Source of the DNA: Chiloscyllium plagiosum
Lineage: Eukaryota
DNA: 64,000 bases
Assembly (NCBI RefSeq): GCF_004010195.1
Contig: NC_057718.1
Span: 11,952,385 to 12,016,384, forward strand
Direction: 5' to 3'
Part shown: in pieces, positions 12,570 through 26,846 of the stretch
Layout: the number at the start of each line of letters is the position of its first letter
How positions within the stretch are numbered: position 1 is the first letter of the stretch
Made by a program: the position numbers and the translations under genes
The notes under the pieces: model-generated
The model's input: only the letters and a program-made list of their open reading frames with translations
Databases searched by the model: none
Told to the model about the DNA's origin: nothing

Positions 12570-13110
12570 ATTGTTGAAAGTTGCATAGGGCTCCCCTTTG
12601 TTCTACCTTCTATCCCAGTAATCACTGTATGTAATCACTGTATGTAACAGACCATATTCTACCTTTTCTGCCACCTTGAGTGTAATGCCACAACCAGATA
12701 CATCTTGCTGTCCCCTTGCCTTTCAGCAATCCAAAGGGCCTGTCCACTCCGTGACACTGTTCAATCGCCTCCAACACCCTATAGCCTTCCCATTGCACCT
12801 TTCAATACAAATTTCAGCGATGTAACACCTGAAATAACCAGTAATATTGGACTCAAAATGTTAACTCTGTTTCTCTTTCCACAGATGCAGCCAGACTTGA
12901 GTTTCTCCGACACATTCTGTTATATTTCAGATTTTCCTGCATCTGCAGTATTTTGCTTTAATTAGGTGTAACACCTGCCCTTTTAACTCCTCTCTCATCT
13001 CTATTCAAGAGTCCAAAAACTGTTTATAGGCAAAGGAGCAACTTTTGTAAACTTTGCTCAATTTAATATATAGTATTTGCTGCTCACAATGTGGTCTTCT
13101 CTATGCAGAA
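12570..13110 (+). mobile_element. Old PLE fragment (pre-GIY-YIG region) with nested mini-element at 12832-12966
   Basis: Degenerate match to the peptide of 9861-10532 (PLVLT, CNTC, IYSICCSQCGLLY). Insert flanked by an 11-bp TSD tgtaacacctg at 12821-12831 and 12967-12977. Confidence 0.7.
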
Positions 13111-14129
13111 TGTGTGATGCTTTGCAAAAGATGTCCATTCTCCATTCAGTCTGCAAGCATATTCCGAGTTTCCAGACAGACACACACGCACTCACTCACT
13201 GACTCTTGGGGCTACACAAAACTGACCCAGACAATGTCTGCCAGACTTTTTTTGTTCCAAGGTTATAGGTTAGAATGGGAGTCATAGCCACAAACTTGGG
13301 AAAGAGGTTGCAGAGTATGGAGTATATTCAATGAAAGGCCAACCTTGGTACTCTGGCAATTTGTCAAACCACCAAGATTAAAAAGCAAAGAAATAACTCT
13401 CCAGTACTCATTCAGCAACTACTCTCCGTGTCCCATTCATGCCAACCTGTGCTCTGCTACGTCCCTCCATTAGACCCTTTATAGCCTCAAAGCTAAGGTA
13501 GAGTCAACTCATGCCAAACTACGCCCTGACACATTTTATGCCAACTCACCCTGTATCCATTATGAGCAGACTGCAGGACACTTGCTAAGATTGAATAAAG
13601 TTCTTAACTAATTCACTGTTTTAAGTAAACACTCTCAGGGATAAAAGCTATGCGTAACTGTATTCAAATTCCTTTACTACATTACAAATGGAAGCTTTTA
13701 TAGTTATTTTTTCACTTCAAAGACAATAAGCACTTGAGGCTGTCAGTTAGGCTGTGAACTGATAGGCAGCCCATTATGATGATGGCATGTGAAGTCATCA
13801 CTTATCCCGCAATGACAGCCCTCAGGCTTATGTCAACAGAGAGTGAAATAACAAGTACATCTTCTTACCCTTGCAAAATATGAAGAGCAGGATGTTAAAT
13901 GCCTTGACAGTTCCTGTTGACAAACCCTCTGAGAACTCTTTCAGTTGCTATAATGAGCCTGCCAGTTCTAGCGTGTCTACACACTTTTTGGGTATGTTTT
14001 TGTCCATGTTTAATTATCTAAACAGCACCTTACTTATCCCAAAGGAGAACTGATCTCCAACAGACAAGCCCAAGGAACATATCAAAAAGGCTACCTGGGT
14101 TCTTGTAGTGCAATGGTAGTATCCCTACC

Positions 14130-14855
14130 TTCTTTTTATTCACTTCTGGGAGTTGGGCATCACATGGTGGGCAGCATTTATTGCCCGGCCCTATTTGCCC
14201 TTGAAAAGATAGTGGTGAGCTGCCTTCATGAACCGCTCCAGTCCATGTGCTGTAGGTAGATCCACAACATCCTTAGGGAAAGAATTCCATGATTTTGACC
14301 CAGTGACAAAGAAGGAATGTTGATATATTTCAAACTTAGAATGGTGAGTGGCTTGGAGGGGAGCTTGCAAGTGGTGGTGCTCCCAGGTTTCTGCTGCCCT
14401 TGTCCTTTGGGATGGAAATGGGTGTTGGCTTGAAAAGAGCTGAATTTCTGCAATGTGTCTTGTAGATAGTACAAACTGCTGCTACTAAGCATCAGTGGTG
14501 GAGGAAGAGGATGTTTGTGGATGTGATGACAATCAAGCAGGCTGCTTTGTCCTGGATGCTGTCAAGCTTCTTGAAGGTTGTTGGAGTTGCTATCATCCAG
14601 GCAAGTGGAGTGTATTCCATCACACTCCTGCCTTAATCCTTGTAGATGGTGGACAGGCTTTGGGGAGGCATGACATGAGCTACTTGTCGCAGTATTCTTA
14701 GCCTCTGACCCACTCTTGTAGCCATTATATTTATATGTCAAATCCAATTGAGCTTCTAGTCTACGTTAATTCTCAGGATGTTAACAGTGGGGAATTCAGT
14801 GATGGTAATGAAAGGGAAGGGACAGTGATTAAGTATTCTCTTATTGGACATGGTG
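14130..14855 (-). mobile_element. LINE (CR1/L2-group) 3' end; shares its tail with the tRNA-SINE family of 9650-11320
   Basis: Minus strand reads TIYKD*GRSVMEYTPLAWMIATPTTFKKLDSIQDKAACLI. The cagcatttattgccc tail is shared with the SINE copy at 26540. A second copy lies at ~44270-44500. Confidence 0.75.
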
Positions 14856-15251
14856 TTATCAAGCTATACAAATCAAAATCGTCTTTATGCGCTGACTCTT
14901 GTCTAAGAGAATACTTCTATACAGTAATATTTGTTTTATTCAGCATGCACCAGGAATGTGTGGTGCCAGTAAATCAAAACTGACAGTGAACAGGATTTCA
15001 CAGCAACAATGTCCTGACTACCAATTCCCCCCACTTCCTCTCATCAGCTTCTTAGCTGTGTGATTAAACAGAGTAAACTACACAGTTGCCCCAATAATCT
15101 CACTGAAGTTAATGAGTTGATTTCTATAATATTACAAACTTGTTTGATGTGCTCTGTCCTTGAGTGCCATCTACTCCCATTGAATTCCTAGAAATGAGTG
15201 TTTTAACCTCGTAGCTGACTCCAATAACCTGACTTAAGTTAATTTTTCAAA

Positions 15252-15452
15252 AGTCGAGAGTGTGGTGCTTGAAAAACACAGCAGGTCAGGGAGCATCCAT
15301 GCAGCAGGAGAATCAATGTTTCAATCCTGATGAAGGGCTTTTGCCCGAACCGTCGATTCTCCTGCTCCTCGGATGCTGCCTGACCTGCTGCACTTTTCCA
15401 GCACCACACTCTCGACTCTAATCTCCAGCATCTGCAGTCCTCACTTTCTCCT
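15252..15452. mobile_element. Palindromic PLE-pLTR-derived mini-element with hammerhead motif (15323-15358, +)
   Basis: Arms agtcgagagtgtggtgct.. and ..agcaccacactctcgact. Centre AAUC-CUGAUGA-A-GGGC-UUUU-GCCC-GAAC-CGUC-GAUU (GAAA>GAAC). Degenerate TSD agttaatttttcaaa / agttaactattcata. Confidence 0.8.
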
Positions 15453-15789
15453 AGTTAACTATTCATAAGTCCAATTTTATAATTCTCTTGCGCTTCCTGT
15501 CCTCAAGAGCCATACTATGGCAGAACAGTCCTTAATGAATTGATTTTCAAAGAAAGAGGATGCAACAGTTTGAATTCAGAAATTTAAGACAATGGGAGTC
15601 TTTTCACTGTTACCAGATGACATGAATTGGACTGTATAGAGAAGATTAAGAAACAACGATTAATAGGCTGAATCAATTGCACTATGTTCAAAGAATTTGG
15701 ACTGAACCTTACCAGAAATTAGAGAGTATCAGTTTCATTGAGGGTTTCCCTCCGTAAGGCCCAAGTCCGTTTTCTTATGCAATCATCTC

Positions 15790-18630
15790 AAACTCACCTT
15801 ATTAACAACCCGGGGTGCCTATCTTGTCCAAAGTTAACCTGATTCTCCCACTCATAATCTTTAAAAGGCCATTGCCCACTGGTCATATGCTGACAGATGG
15901 AACTGCCCTTCACAGTTAGAGACATTGGCAGATCAATGGAAATTGGCTTGTTGCTTTGCAGACAGAGAGCTGAAGGTGGTATACGGGAGAGAGGTGTTGT
16001 CCTTCCAGGACCAGCAGAGGAGGCCACGACAACAGACAGTACCAATCTCGTCTGAAGTTGCCACTCGGGTCAGCATCATTTCCACGGTCCAGAAGGATGT
16101 GAAGCAATGTCAAAAATATCAATGACCACTCCACTCTGCTAGGGTAAAGGTCTGTTTCTGTGCTGAATGACTCTATGATTGTACATTGCAATTTTAGACT
16201 CACTCTTATCACTACTACTACACCTATCTCCCCCAAGGCTCATGGTTTACCACTCTCACTATTACAAACATCTTTCCTCATTTCCTCTGGTCCAACCCAT
16301 TCCCTACCCAACTAATCTTATATTGCCTCTATGCTGCCTAATCACTCACTTTAGATACCTCACCACCTATTCTGCACCTACACAGAACTGCCATCCACTG
16401 TCATCTCACTAAATCTCTCCACCTCTCTCATTCTTGGAGAAAACAGCCCATAAACAGGGCAGAACCAGCCAGGACAGGTGATGGCATGACGAACATTTAG
16501 CTCCTCACCCCTTACAAGGAGAAAATCATGGCACTGACTAGCTCAGCCTCTTATTGATGGTGAAAACTCAAACGTCAACATTCCCTTCTTGGTGTCCTTC
16601 CCGTCAGCCCCAGGAAGGCTTTGAATACCCCAAAGTCCCCAGATAACTCATCTGTTTAAACCTAACTAAATATGCCTCAGTTGAAGCCAAGGTCCTGCTG
16701 ACTCTCTATGAGCAGGACCTCCTGCATTATCTCATTCACTTCCATGCTTCATTGCTCTCCACCCTCTTATTTTAACTTAATTTCTTTTTTTATAATGTTT
16801 CCATTTGTTATGGTACTTTACCTTCTTTTGACAACTTCTGAAGAAGGTGCCTTCCCCCCCGGCCCCAGGCCAAGTAACGAGATGGCTTCCGACAACCCAG
16901 AATGGTAGTATAGGACTGGTACCTGGCAGAGCAGTCTCCCAGTGTGGTGGTCTTGTCCAAGAGGGACAGTCTCAGCCTGAGTGGCATCCTTGCTCCAGAG
17001 TAGAGGTCTCAACTTGACGTGAAGTTCTCGTCCTTGCTTGAGGCAGCTTTTGGGTCTCCCAACAGCCCAGCATGGAGGTCTAATCACAGCTTGGAGGTCC
17101 CACCTTGGCATAACGGTGTGATCTCGACCCAGCCCTGTGTTGTCGTTTTCACCCAGTTTTCCAGCATACCCTGAACCCAGGAGCCATTAATTGAACTGTG
17201 ATCAACTTTCCACTGTATAAAACTTTCCACTGTATTTTGTTTTGCAAAACTTTATGTGACAATAAATTGCTGTTCTATTCTATTGTACTTCCCCGATCTA
17301 CTATTATAATCCTTTCTGCAACTGAACATCTGGCTTCAATCCCCACAATGAAGTTCCCCACAATGAAGATTCCCAGCCTCCGTCCCACGGCATTGATACA
17401 CCGTAACTCCCCTTTGACTTTTAGTTAATGAGTCCCCAGGACTGATTGTAGCACATCCTTTGAGCAACCTGGCCAGACAGCCTCAAACAATGACTGACCA
17501 AACCTCTAAGTGATATCTGTATGATTCTTCAACTGTCTTCCCACACAACCAAAAACTTGGTTGCATTGCACCCGCAGGACTGACTGTGCCTCAATCCTGG
17601 GCATTAGAGTATGGAACCCTGACCCTGACTGCCCCAACTGACCGTGTCCAAGCCCCTGGAATGATACCAAAGGGCAGCCCTTGACTTTCTGTGCCAAGAG
17701 ACCCTGCCTGAAGGATGTGTCCTTGAGTTTGGCTGAGGACTACTCCCCTTAGATTTTGAGACATTGCTTTTCGCTTGAAACACATGTAATGACTTTAATG
17801 TATAAACGGCTGGCATATGAAGCAGGTTAACACTGATGTAGCACCGTGTCACACAGCATCATGTCCACTTCTTTGACTGATTACTGCTGGCAAGCATGAC
17901 AAGTTGTTAGACTTTGTGTCTGCAATAAACGGCAAGGCGAGAAGAAGTATTTTGGGTCTTTAAGCTCTGGCAGAGGGGCCAAAATGTAAAAAGGCTAGCC
18001 AAGACATGGCAAGGCAGGGCAGGAATTCTGTAATTGTCACAGAAGAAATAAAGTGATTGAATACTAAGAAAGCAAGCTATTGAACCTTGAATGCTGCCTG
18101 GTCCAGTCCAAGCATCAGGTGTCTGGCACTGCAGCAATTCCAGTGAGAGGTGCTGGTGTGCTCCAAAGTGCAGCAATGAGACTTAGTAACCTACTGTAGG
18201 TGGATAGGAGATCAGCCATAATGGGGTCAGGCTGGTAGTTATGATATACCATCACCTGTGGAGGTGGATTGCACTCCTCATGGATTTTGCCCTGAGATAC
18301 TGGCACCCAAGGTGGAGGTCCAGAACAGTCAGCCGTCTGGAGTCTGCAGGTAACTGCACTAACTTTCAAGTCATAAATTCTTTTGTGTCTATCTGGCAGG
18401 TTGGCGAATGGGAAACTTCATATTTTAAGAGGCGAGATTAAGTAATAATGAGCGATAATCGCCGTTAAATAGGGCTCTTTCTGCTCACGAGCAAGAATCT
18501 CATATCGATGTCAGGGAATTGGTTGGAAAATGCGACTTTTTCGTCTGGATGCCAAAAAGGGCCTCACTCAACATCGCGCCCAATTTTCCTAAATTTCACA
18601 CCTTATCATTCAGGGCCTGTGAAATTCCAC
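15790..18630. mobile_element. Decayed PIF/Harbinger-like DNA transposon (Myb/SANT-like remnant on +; possible transposase remnant on -)
   Basis: ORF 15925-16125 FADRELKVV..REVLSFQDQQRRPRQQT..SEVATRVSIISTVQKDVKQCQK resembles Harbinger Myb/SANT-like (Myb_DNA-bind_5-type) domains. Boundaries approximate; TIRs not confirmed. Confidence 0.5.
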
Positions 18631-20439
18631 TGATTGATTCTTTTAAAATAAATCTTGAATTTCTTTTCTCCGTTGATTTACTGTATAACTGAAAATCTAT
18701 TTGGCTCACTCAAATCTCTGGGCCTTTGCAAATAAGCATTTTTGTAAATTTCTATTCATTTAGTTTTCCATTACATTCAAAATATTTCTGAAATGATTCA
18801 GCTTCAACTCTGACTTACTCTTATAAATGGTTTGAAAACAGGGTAATATCACATCGAATGCCAACTATTCAATTTCATGCTCGTCCAAAATTAAAATGGC
18901 TTTATCTCTAGCATTCTTTGAATTTGTAACGCAAGGCTGTTAGAACCCCAGGCTCAGAAAGAATGTGTTGCTTATGTCTCCTTCCCAAAGAGAATACATT
19001 TAATCAGCTCAGGCTGAAACTCTATTAAGTGAAGAAATATCCTCCAACTGAGAGAAAGGTGCAATGGTTTTAATAAAAGGAACTAGTTCAAAGGGATAAA
19101 GGAAAATGTGCATTGAATATGCATGTTCAAGCCTGAGATAGACAGATTTTTGAAATCTAGGGGAGTCAAGGGTTATGAGGAACAGCCAGAAAAGTGGAAA
19201 TGTGGCCAAGATCACATCAACTGTGATCTATTGAATGGCAGAGCAGGCTCGAGGGGTCGTATGTCCTACTCCTGCTCCTATTTTTTATGTATGATCTGAA
19301 TAGGCGGGTGAAGAGAATTTGAACTGAAGCCAGCATATCCATAAAAGTCTATAAAAAGTGTAATTCAATATTTAAAAGAATGGAGGATATTCAATACATG
19401 GTTGTACTAAAGATAATAACTGTTAAGGTGAAACACTTATGTGACAAAGAAGACATCAATGAAATATCAAGCCAAGAAAACCCAAGTAATTGAGTTTTTA
19501 AAAAGACTTCTGGTGAAATGAGCACACCATATACCTTCCTTCCTCGTCCTTTGAGGTGGACAAGGTCACAAGTTTGAGAATTGCTCGACAGCCATGGCAC
19601 CAGACATTAAGTAAAGTACTATTTAAATTAGGAAAATTCTGCTGCTTTCCTAGGAAAGGAGATTCAGGTCCAGAGAAAAAAGAAAATGTGGTCAAGACTG
19701 ATGTGCAGGAATTGACCCAATACAGCTCTACTCAATCTATAGTTCTGGAATTCAATCCATAAACTCTACATTCACAATATTCCTTAAATTCACCAAATCA
19801 GAGAAAATACACACATATCATGTGTTTCATGTGTTACACTGCAAGTTTTGCAAAAATTCAAAGAAGTAAGATAAAAATGAAATCGAAACACCAATTGAAT
19901 GGACAACAGTTGAATTTTAGAAGTAGGAAAGAAACAGACAAAGGTATGTCCAGTTTGAGGATGGTCTGTTAATGAGCAATAAAATTAGATAGAAAAGTGC
20001 ATCTTGATTTTCAGGATTACCAAAAAGTGCATAACTCTATATTGGGAATGGCTTCATGCATGTTGGTCTGCACCACTTTATGGGAGATGAGGTGGACTGT
20101 AAAATGGAAATGACAGATTTTCACTCTCTTTGTGTTGGGTTTGCAGCCTCGGGCTTTGTTTTGAGGAACAGGAGTATACCATTTAGTCTTTTAGACTCAA
20201 TTTTGGCAGGAGCCTCCTGCATGGTCTTTTCAGATTTTCATGCATACATGAAGGCCTTTCTTAATTATCACAGCAGCTTGCATTAACATAGCACTTTTAA
20301 CACATATGACACATCCTGAGGCGATTCACAGCAATGAAGGATCCAAAGGAAGGGATGCAGCCAAAGTTTAGTCAATGGGGTGGGTTTTAAAGGAGGGTCT
20401 TAAAAAAGGGTTCTACATTGGGGTAGGCTGCACAGACTA

Positions 20440-21250
20440 TTATGTGAATATGAGCAAGACATTAAAAAGGAACAGAGGAGACCGAGTGGGAGAAATTGTG
20501 GCAAATTAAAAGCAAGTAAATGTGAAGTAATGCCTACATGATGTATAATCTAAACAAGTCAAACCAGAATATTTTTCAAATAACGAGAGACTGTGGATAA
20601 ACAAATGGATTGGGTGTCTAGTAAAGAAATAATTAAAAATTGGTGCATAAGTAAAAAAAGTAATTAAAAAGGCTAATGAAATGCTGGCTTCAATCTCTAG
20701 GGAGTTGGAGCGTCAAGTAAAGGATTTATATTTCCATTGTCCAGCCACTTGGTCAAACTACTTAGAGTGTTCATGCAAAGGAAACTGCAACCTCAGATAC
20801 ATGTATTAACCTTGGAGGATCAAATGGTGCATCATCAGAATGATTACAGGGTCTAAGGAATTCAATTATCAGAAAAGGTTGCACATGCTCGGTTCGTATC
20901 CCACGAGTTCATAAGATTAACAAACAATAAACTGTGCTTAAAATGACAAAGAGATTTGATAGGGAACATATTGCAAAACATTTTTTCACATGGGAATCCA
21001 CAGCAGAAGGTATAGCTTGCAAATTGGAGCTAGACCACTTGGGGTGGAATTAGGAGGTACTTTTGCAGACAAATGGTGGTAGAAATCTGCAATTCCATAA
21101 GGCTGAACATTCAGAAAAGATGGATTGATTTTTGTTGGGTAAATATATCATGAAATATTGAGCAAAACATGAAAAACAGAGCTGGGTTGGAGTTCATCCA
21201 CAATCTAATTGAATAAAGGAAAAGGCATGAGGAACTGAATGCTGTTTGTT
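20440..21250 (+). mobile_element. Highly degraded CR1 3' half
   Basis: aaatgtgaagtaatgc, aaggctaatgaaatgctggc, gagctagaccactt..gtggtagaaatctg remnants. Confidence 0.55.
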
Positions 21251-21805
21251 TTGAATCTATCCAGAAACTTTTTAACTGTGCACTTCCCTTTAACTTTCAC
21301 GCACCGAGCGTCTTATTTGTGACACTGGTGCATGCGTTTGGACTGGTGGATAATGATGCACATTAATATTTCGAAGGAAATGCAGACATATCATTGCTGA
21401 GGTGGTGGCCCCACCAGTTTTTAACCATTTAGAATTGAAGTGAGCATGCAGTTTGAAATGAGCATCGCATCCAATAAGTCAAGATGCTTTCTGCATGAAT
21501 TTGGCAGATTATGGTCTATCTGGTAGAAACTCAGCTCCTGGAACACATAAGATTGGGGTTATGTGCGGAGTTCTGGCAACAATCTGAGGTACTTTGGAGG
21601 ACCGCTACATTCACAGTAGGAACAGCAAGTCTCCTGAGAAGGCCAAACAGGTAAGCATATTTTAAAGTAAAAATTTATTGTGGCCCAGGACGATCAGGTA
21701 TGCTTCCCCGATGCTAATGGCCAAACACATAGTCAACAACGGGCCAGATTAAGTACAGCAGGTTAGTCCCTTTTCCTGAAGTACATTAGTGAGCTATTTG
21801 GATTT

Positions 21806-22127
21806 TAGACTAGATTAGATTACTTACAGTGTGGAAACAGGCCCTTCGGCCCAACAAGTCCACACTGACCCGCCGAAGTGCACCCACCCAGACCCATTCC
21901 CCTAAATTTACCCCTGCACCTAACACTACAGGCAATTTAGCGTGGCCAATTCACCTAACCTGCACATTTTTGGACTGTGGGAGGAAACCGGAACACCCGG
22001 AGGAAACCTACGCAGACACGGGGAGAATGTGCAAACTCCACACAGTCGGTCGCCTGAGGCAGGAACTGAACCCGGGTCTCTGGCGCTATGAGGCAGCAGT
22101 GCTAACCACTGTGCCACCATGCCGCCC
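21806..22127 (-). mobile_element. HE1 / V-SINE (tRNA-derived)
   Basis: gggcggcatggtggcacagtggttagcactgctgcctca head, V-domain tgtgtggagtttgcacattctccccgtgtctgcgt, (taatc)n tail. Confidence 0.9.
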
Positions 22128-24074
22128 ATAAATTTTTTGTGATAGTCCAACAGTTTTCATGGTTGTGTTTCTGATGCTAGATTCAGAAAACTCTGGAACT
22201 CTGGGTTTCTTTTGCCTTATAAAAATTATCACTGAAGAAATATTACTGTAGCTGACTGGAGAGGTTAATGATATTAGAGACAACAAAGATAAACATGGCT
22301 GTGTAATATAACAGGCAAATATTGATGTATTCAATTGAATTGTTTCGAGACTTGATTCTAGAGCACAGAAGGCACACTGAATGAGCAATATCTTCTACAC
22401 TAAAATCCTCATTGATGGATGTATTTTCCAAAATAAAATACAACTATTGGTCCATCAACTTTCTCTGTAATGTCGCCTGACCATCTTATTTTAATGGATG
22501 CCACTGCACCTCTTTTTAGATTATCATTTAATACCAGACTGATCAAAAAGATTTTCAATAATAAATTGAAAACAAAATGCATACACAACAGCTTTGAGAA
22601 CAAAGTGAACTTCTTAATATGGGATCCCTTATAGAATGGGGATGGGGGGTCGCAGGGAGAGAGAGAATGATTTCCTCTGGTTGCTATTTCTAATAATAAT
22701 AATTTTTGAACTGGAGGAAACCATCCTCTTAGAAGCTGATAAGATCAGTCTGTTCCTTCAAAATGCTGTATTTTTTCCAGATACAGGAAATCCCTTGGGG
22801 TGAGCAATACTTTGATTTACACTATCTTAAGGGATGCTGGTGCTTCAAAGTGCACTTCATGTCCTAATCTGTGGACATGAACCACATTAGGTAATAAAAA
22901 GCTTAGAAAGTTTTGAAGAAATAAAGACTTGGGAAATATAACTGGTTCTGAACAGTTATTTCACTTTTAAGGTTACATGACTGTCATTATCCAGCTAATG
23001 TGAATATTTTAACCTTTAAAATATACACAACTTCTTCAATTCTTTAATTCAATCAAGATATGATAAATTTCTTAACTCCACTTGTCTTCCATGTATACTG
23101 GCTCCTCATGTCTCAGTTCAACTGTCAGTAATCTTTTCCAACAGTTGCATACCTAAAATGCCACTGCCATTGATTTATCACCGGGTTTGTGTCAGCCTGT
23201 TCTTTGAAACTTCATCTACTGTGCAATCGGGAAATTAATTGCCTACGTTTCAAGTTTTTGAAGTCCTATCATTCCTTAAGCAAAAAGGCAAGCCAAATTT
23301 AATGCACGGTTTACTCTCAAAAATATTCAATTCCTCTCAGGAACGATGAATTATGACATTTACTATTTATTATAATCATTATCCCAATAAAGTACATGAA
23401 ATCCCACCCTGCAACAAATTTAGGAATTTGACTTAAAAAGCAGCAGCATAGGAACAAGGTAAAGATTCACATATTGCTAGATCCTGTCATTTTTAAGAAT
23501 AGATGAGGCCGGTCTGGGGGGGTTATATTTCTCCCTTGATCTCCTGTAATAAAAAGATCAAAGTGCTAAAAATATTACATTCCAGTAAAGTACAAATACC
23601 AAATGCCTGACCAAGTAGGTAGTTTATCACACGCAGTTTCTATATCAACAGATATTACGTTTAAATTGAAATTATTACAACACTGTTTTCCATTTTCCAC
23701 AAAATGCCGAGACATAAGAAACATAAGTAAGCAATTGAAAATAAAAGGTTATCCAACCCATTAAGCATGCATTTTCCAACAGGTCATAGTCTTTCATTTG
23801 CACAGTGCATGATTATTCTGTATTTAATTTCTATCTGAAATATCTTCACAACTACAGATAAAGATGAGAAAAATTATTTGATCTATCTCATCCATCAGAA
23901 AATTACACCTGCAAACTACCCCCATTTCAGCCTCCTCTACTCTCTATTTGAAGAAGAATTTCTAATTGCTAATTCTGCATGAGAACTATTGAACATAGAA
24001 ATGATACAGTACAGAAGGGGGCCATTTGGCCCAATGCTGACTCAAAGATACCTAGATACCCTTTCTAATTCCAA

Positions 24075-25480
24075 AAAAATGGTTAAGACTAAAATTGGGC
24101 CCTTGAAGACAGAAACAGGGAATATATTACAGGGAACAAAGAAATGGCAGAAGAATTGAATTGGTATTTCAGATCTGTGTTCACTGGGGAAGACACAAGC
24201 AATCTCCCTGAGGTAACAGTGGCTGAAGGACCTGAACTTAAGGGAATTTATATTTGCCAGGAATTGGTGTTGGAGAGACTGTTAGGTCTGAAGGTTGATA
24301 AGTCCCCGGGGCCTGATGGTCTACATCCCAGGGTACTGAAGGAGGTGGCTCCAGAAATCGNNNNNNNNNNNNNNNNNNNNNNNNNNNNNNNNNNNNNNNN
24401 NNNNNNNNNNNNNNNNNNNNNNNNNNNNNNNNNNNNNNNNNNNNNNNNNNNNNNNNNNNNNNNNNNNNNNNNNNNNNNNNNNNNNNNNNNNNNNNNNNNN
24501 NNNNNNNNNNNNNNNNNNNNNNNNNNNNNNNNNNNNNNNNNNNNNNNNNNNNNNNNNNNNNNNNNNNNNNNNNNNNNNNNNNNNNNNNNNNNNNNNNNNN
24601 NNNNNNNNNNNNNNNNNNNNNNNNNNNNNNNNNNNNNNNNNNNNNNNNNNNNNNNNNNNNNNNNNNNNNNNNNNNNNNNNNNNNNNNNNNNNNNNNNNNN
24701 NNNNNNNNNNNNNNNNNNNNNNNNNNNNNNNNNNNNNNNNNNNNNNNNNNNNNNNNNNNNNNNNNNNNNNNNNNNNNNNNNNNNNNNNNNNNNNNNNNNN
24801 NNNNNNNNNNNNNNNNNNNNNNNNNNNNNNNNNNNNNNNNNNNNNNNNNNNNNNNNNNNNNNNNNNNNNNNNNNNNNNNNNNNNNNNNNNNNNNNNNNNN
24901 NNNNNNNNNNNNNNNNNNNNNNNNNNNNNNNNNNNNNNNNNNNNNNNNNNNNNNNNNNNNNNNNNNNNNNNNNNNNNNNNNNNNNNNNNNNNNNNNNNNN
25001 NNNNNNNNNNNNNNNNNNNNNNNNNNNNNNNNNNNNNNNNNNNNNNNNNNNNNNNNNNNNNNNNNNNNNNNNNNNNNNNNNNNNNNNNNNNNNNNNNNNN
25101 NNNNNNNNNNNNNNNNNTGCAGCATAGGTTCACAAGGTCAATTCCTGGAATGGCGGGACTACCTTATGCTGAAAGACTGGAGCGACTGGGCTTGTATACT
25201 CTTGAGTTTAGAAGACTGACAGGGGATCTGATTGAGTCATATAAGATTATTAAAGGATTGGACACTCTGGAGGCAGGAAACATGTTCCGCTGATGGGTGA
25301 GTGCCGAACCAGAGGACACAGCTTAAAAATACGGGGTAGACCATTTAGGACAGAGATGAGGAGAAACTTCTTCACCAGGAGAGTGGTGGCTGTGTGGAAT
25401 GCTCTGCCCCAGATCATATTGAATGGTGGTGCAGGCTCGAAGAGCAGAATGGCCTACTCCTGCAACTATTGTCTATTGTC
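24075..25480 (+). mobile_element. CR1 LINE spanning an assembly gap, inserted into the tail of an oppositely oriented CR1 (23990-24072 and 25481-25950)
   Basis: MAEELNWYFRSVFT..LKVDKSPGPDGLHPRVLKE before the gap; RTRGHSLKIRGRPFRTEMRRNFFTRRVV after it. Confidence 0.85.
24361..25117. other. Assembly gap (N run)
   Basis: Ns in sequence. Confidence 1.
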
Positions 25481-26233
25481 TATTCCTGCACATTGCCCAT
25501 AGCTTTGCAGCTCACAGCATGTAAGCTGCAAATCCAGGTACTTTTAAAAAATGTTTAGGGTCTCTGCCTTCATCATCAATTCAGGCAGCGAATACCAGAA
25601 ACCCACCACCCTCTGTGTAAAAACATTTTTTCTCACGTTTCCTCGAATCCTTCTGCTACGTAGTTTGAAACTACGACCCCTGGTTTTTGAACTCTCTGCC
25701 AAAGGATACAGATTTCTCCTGTCTACTCTATCTCTACCCCTTACAGTTCTGTATACCTCAATCGGGTCACCCCTCAGCCTTCTCTGTTCCGAGGAAAACC
25801 ACCCCAATATCTCGATTTCTTCTCATAGCTATAATTCTCCAGCCTTGGCAACATTCTCGTAAATCTTCTTTGCACTCTCTCCAAAGCAATTACATCCTTC
25901 CTGTAATGTAATTTGCACACAATACTCCAGTTGTGGCCTCGTGAGTGTTGTACACCAGTGTTTTTAGCTTTTATTAATTTGTACTTGAGCCCTCCAGGCT
26001 TAGTATTAAGGTATTGTCTGAAACAGATTTCTTAATTTTCATTTTCTAAACCATTTACTTCCTTAGATTTAACTCAGTAAGTTTGCCTCTTTGTTAGCTC
26101 CTGCACCAGAATCTTCTCTTGGACTTCTCTTCAAGGTGGTCATGGAGCTGGGATGTGAATAGCTAATTAGGATGATTACAAGGGAAATTAGCCCATATTT
26201 TTCCATGACAATGAGACTTTTTATCCTTATTCT

Positions 26234-26533
26234 GGGTGGCACGGTGGCACAGTGGTTAGCGGTGCTGCCTCACAGCCAGAGACCTGGGTTCAATTCCCGC
26301 CTCAGGCAACTGTCTGTGTGGAATTTGCACATTCTCCCTGTGCCTGCGTGGGTGTGCTCCGGTTTCCTCCCACAGTCCAAACATGCGCAGGTAAGGTGAA
26401 TTGGTTATGCTAAATTGCCTGTAGTGTTAGGCGAAGGGGTAAATGTATGGGGGTGCGTTGCGCTTCGGTAGGTCAGTGTGGACCTATTGGGCCAAAGGGC
26501 CTGTTTCCACACTGTAAGTATTCTAATCTAATC
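26234..26533 (+). mobile_element. HE1 / V-SINE
   Basis: Same head, V-domain and taatc tail as 21806-22127. Confidence 0.9.
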
Positions 26534-26539
26534 AAGATT

Positions 26540-26846
26540 CATAGGATGAGGGTGTCACTGGCTAGGCCAGCATTTATTGCCCAGAGGGCAGTTGAGAATC
26601 AACCAGATTGCTGTGGGTCTGGAAGGCCAGATCAGGTAAGGATGACAGTTTCCTAGTGAACCAAGTAGGTTTTTCCAACAATTGGCAATGGATTCATGGT
26701 CATCATTAGACTCTTTATTCCAGATTTTTATTGAATTCAAATTCTACCATCTGCCGCAGGGGGACTCGAAGCCGAGTCTACAGAGCATTATTAACTAGGT
26801 CTCTGGATCAATAGGCATGCGATAATACCACTAGGCCTTACCACCC
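26540..26846 (-). mobile_element. tRNA-derived SINE, uninterrupted copy of the family hit by the PLEs
   Basis: ggccagcatttattgcccagagggcagttgag..attgaattcaaattctaccatctgccgc..ggtctctggatcaatagg..ataataccactaggcc. Confidence 0.8.

Noticed and set aside
12618..12648. 13-bp tandem duplication gtaatcactgtat x2
   Set aside because: Ordinary slippage duplication inside a dead PLE.
24144..25133. Long ORFs of 270-327 aa
   Set aside because: Artefacts of translation through the N gap; the same applies to ORFs at 38975-39441.
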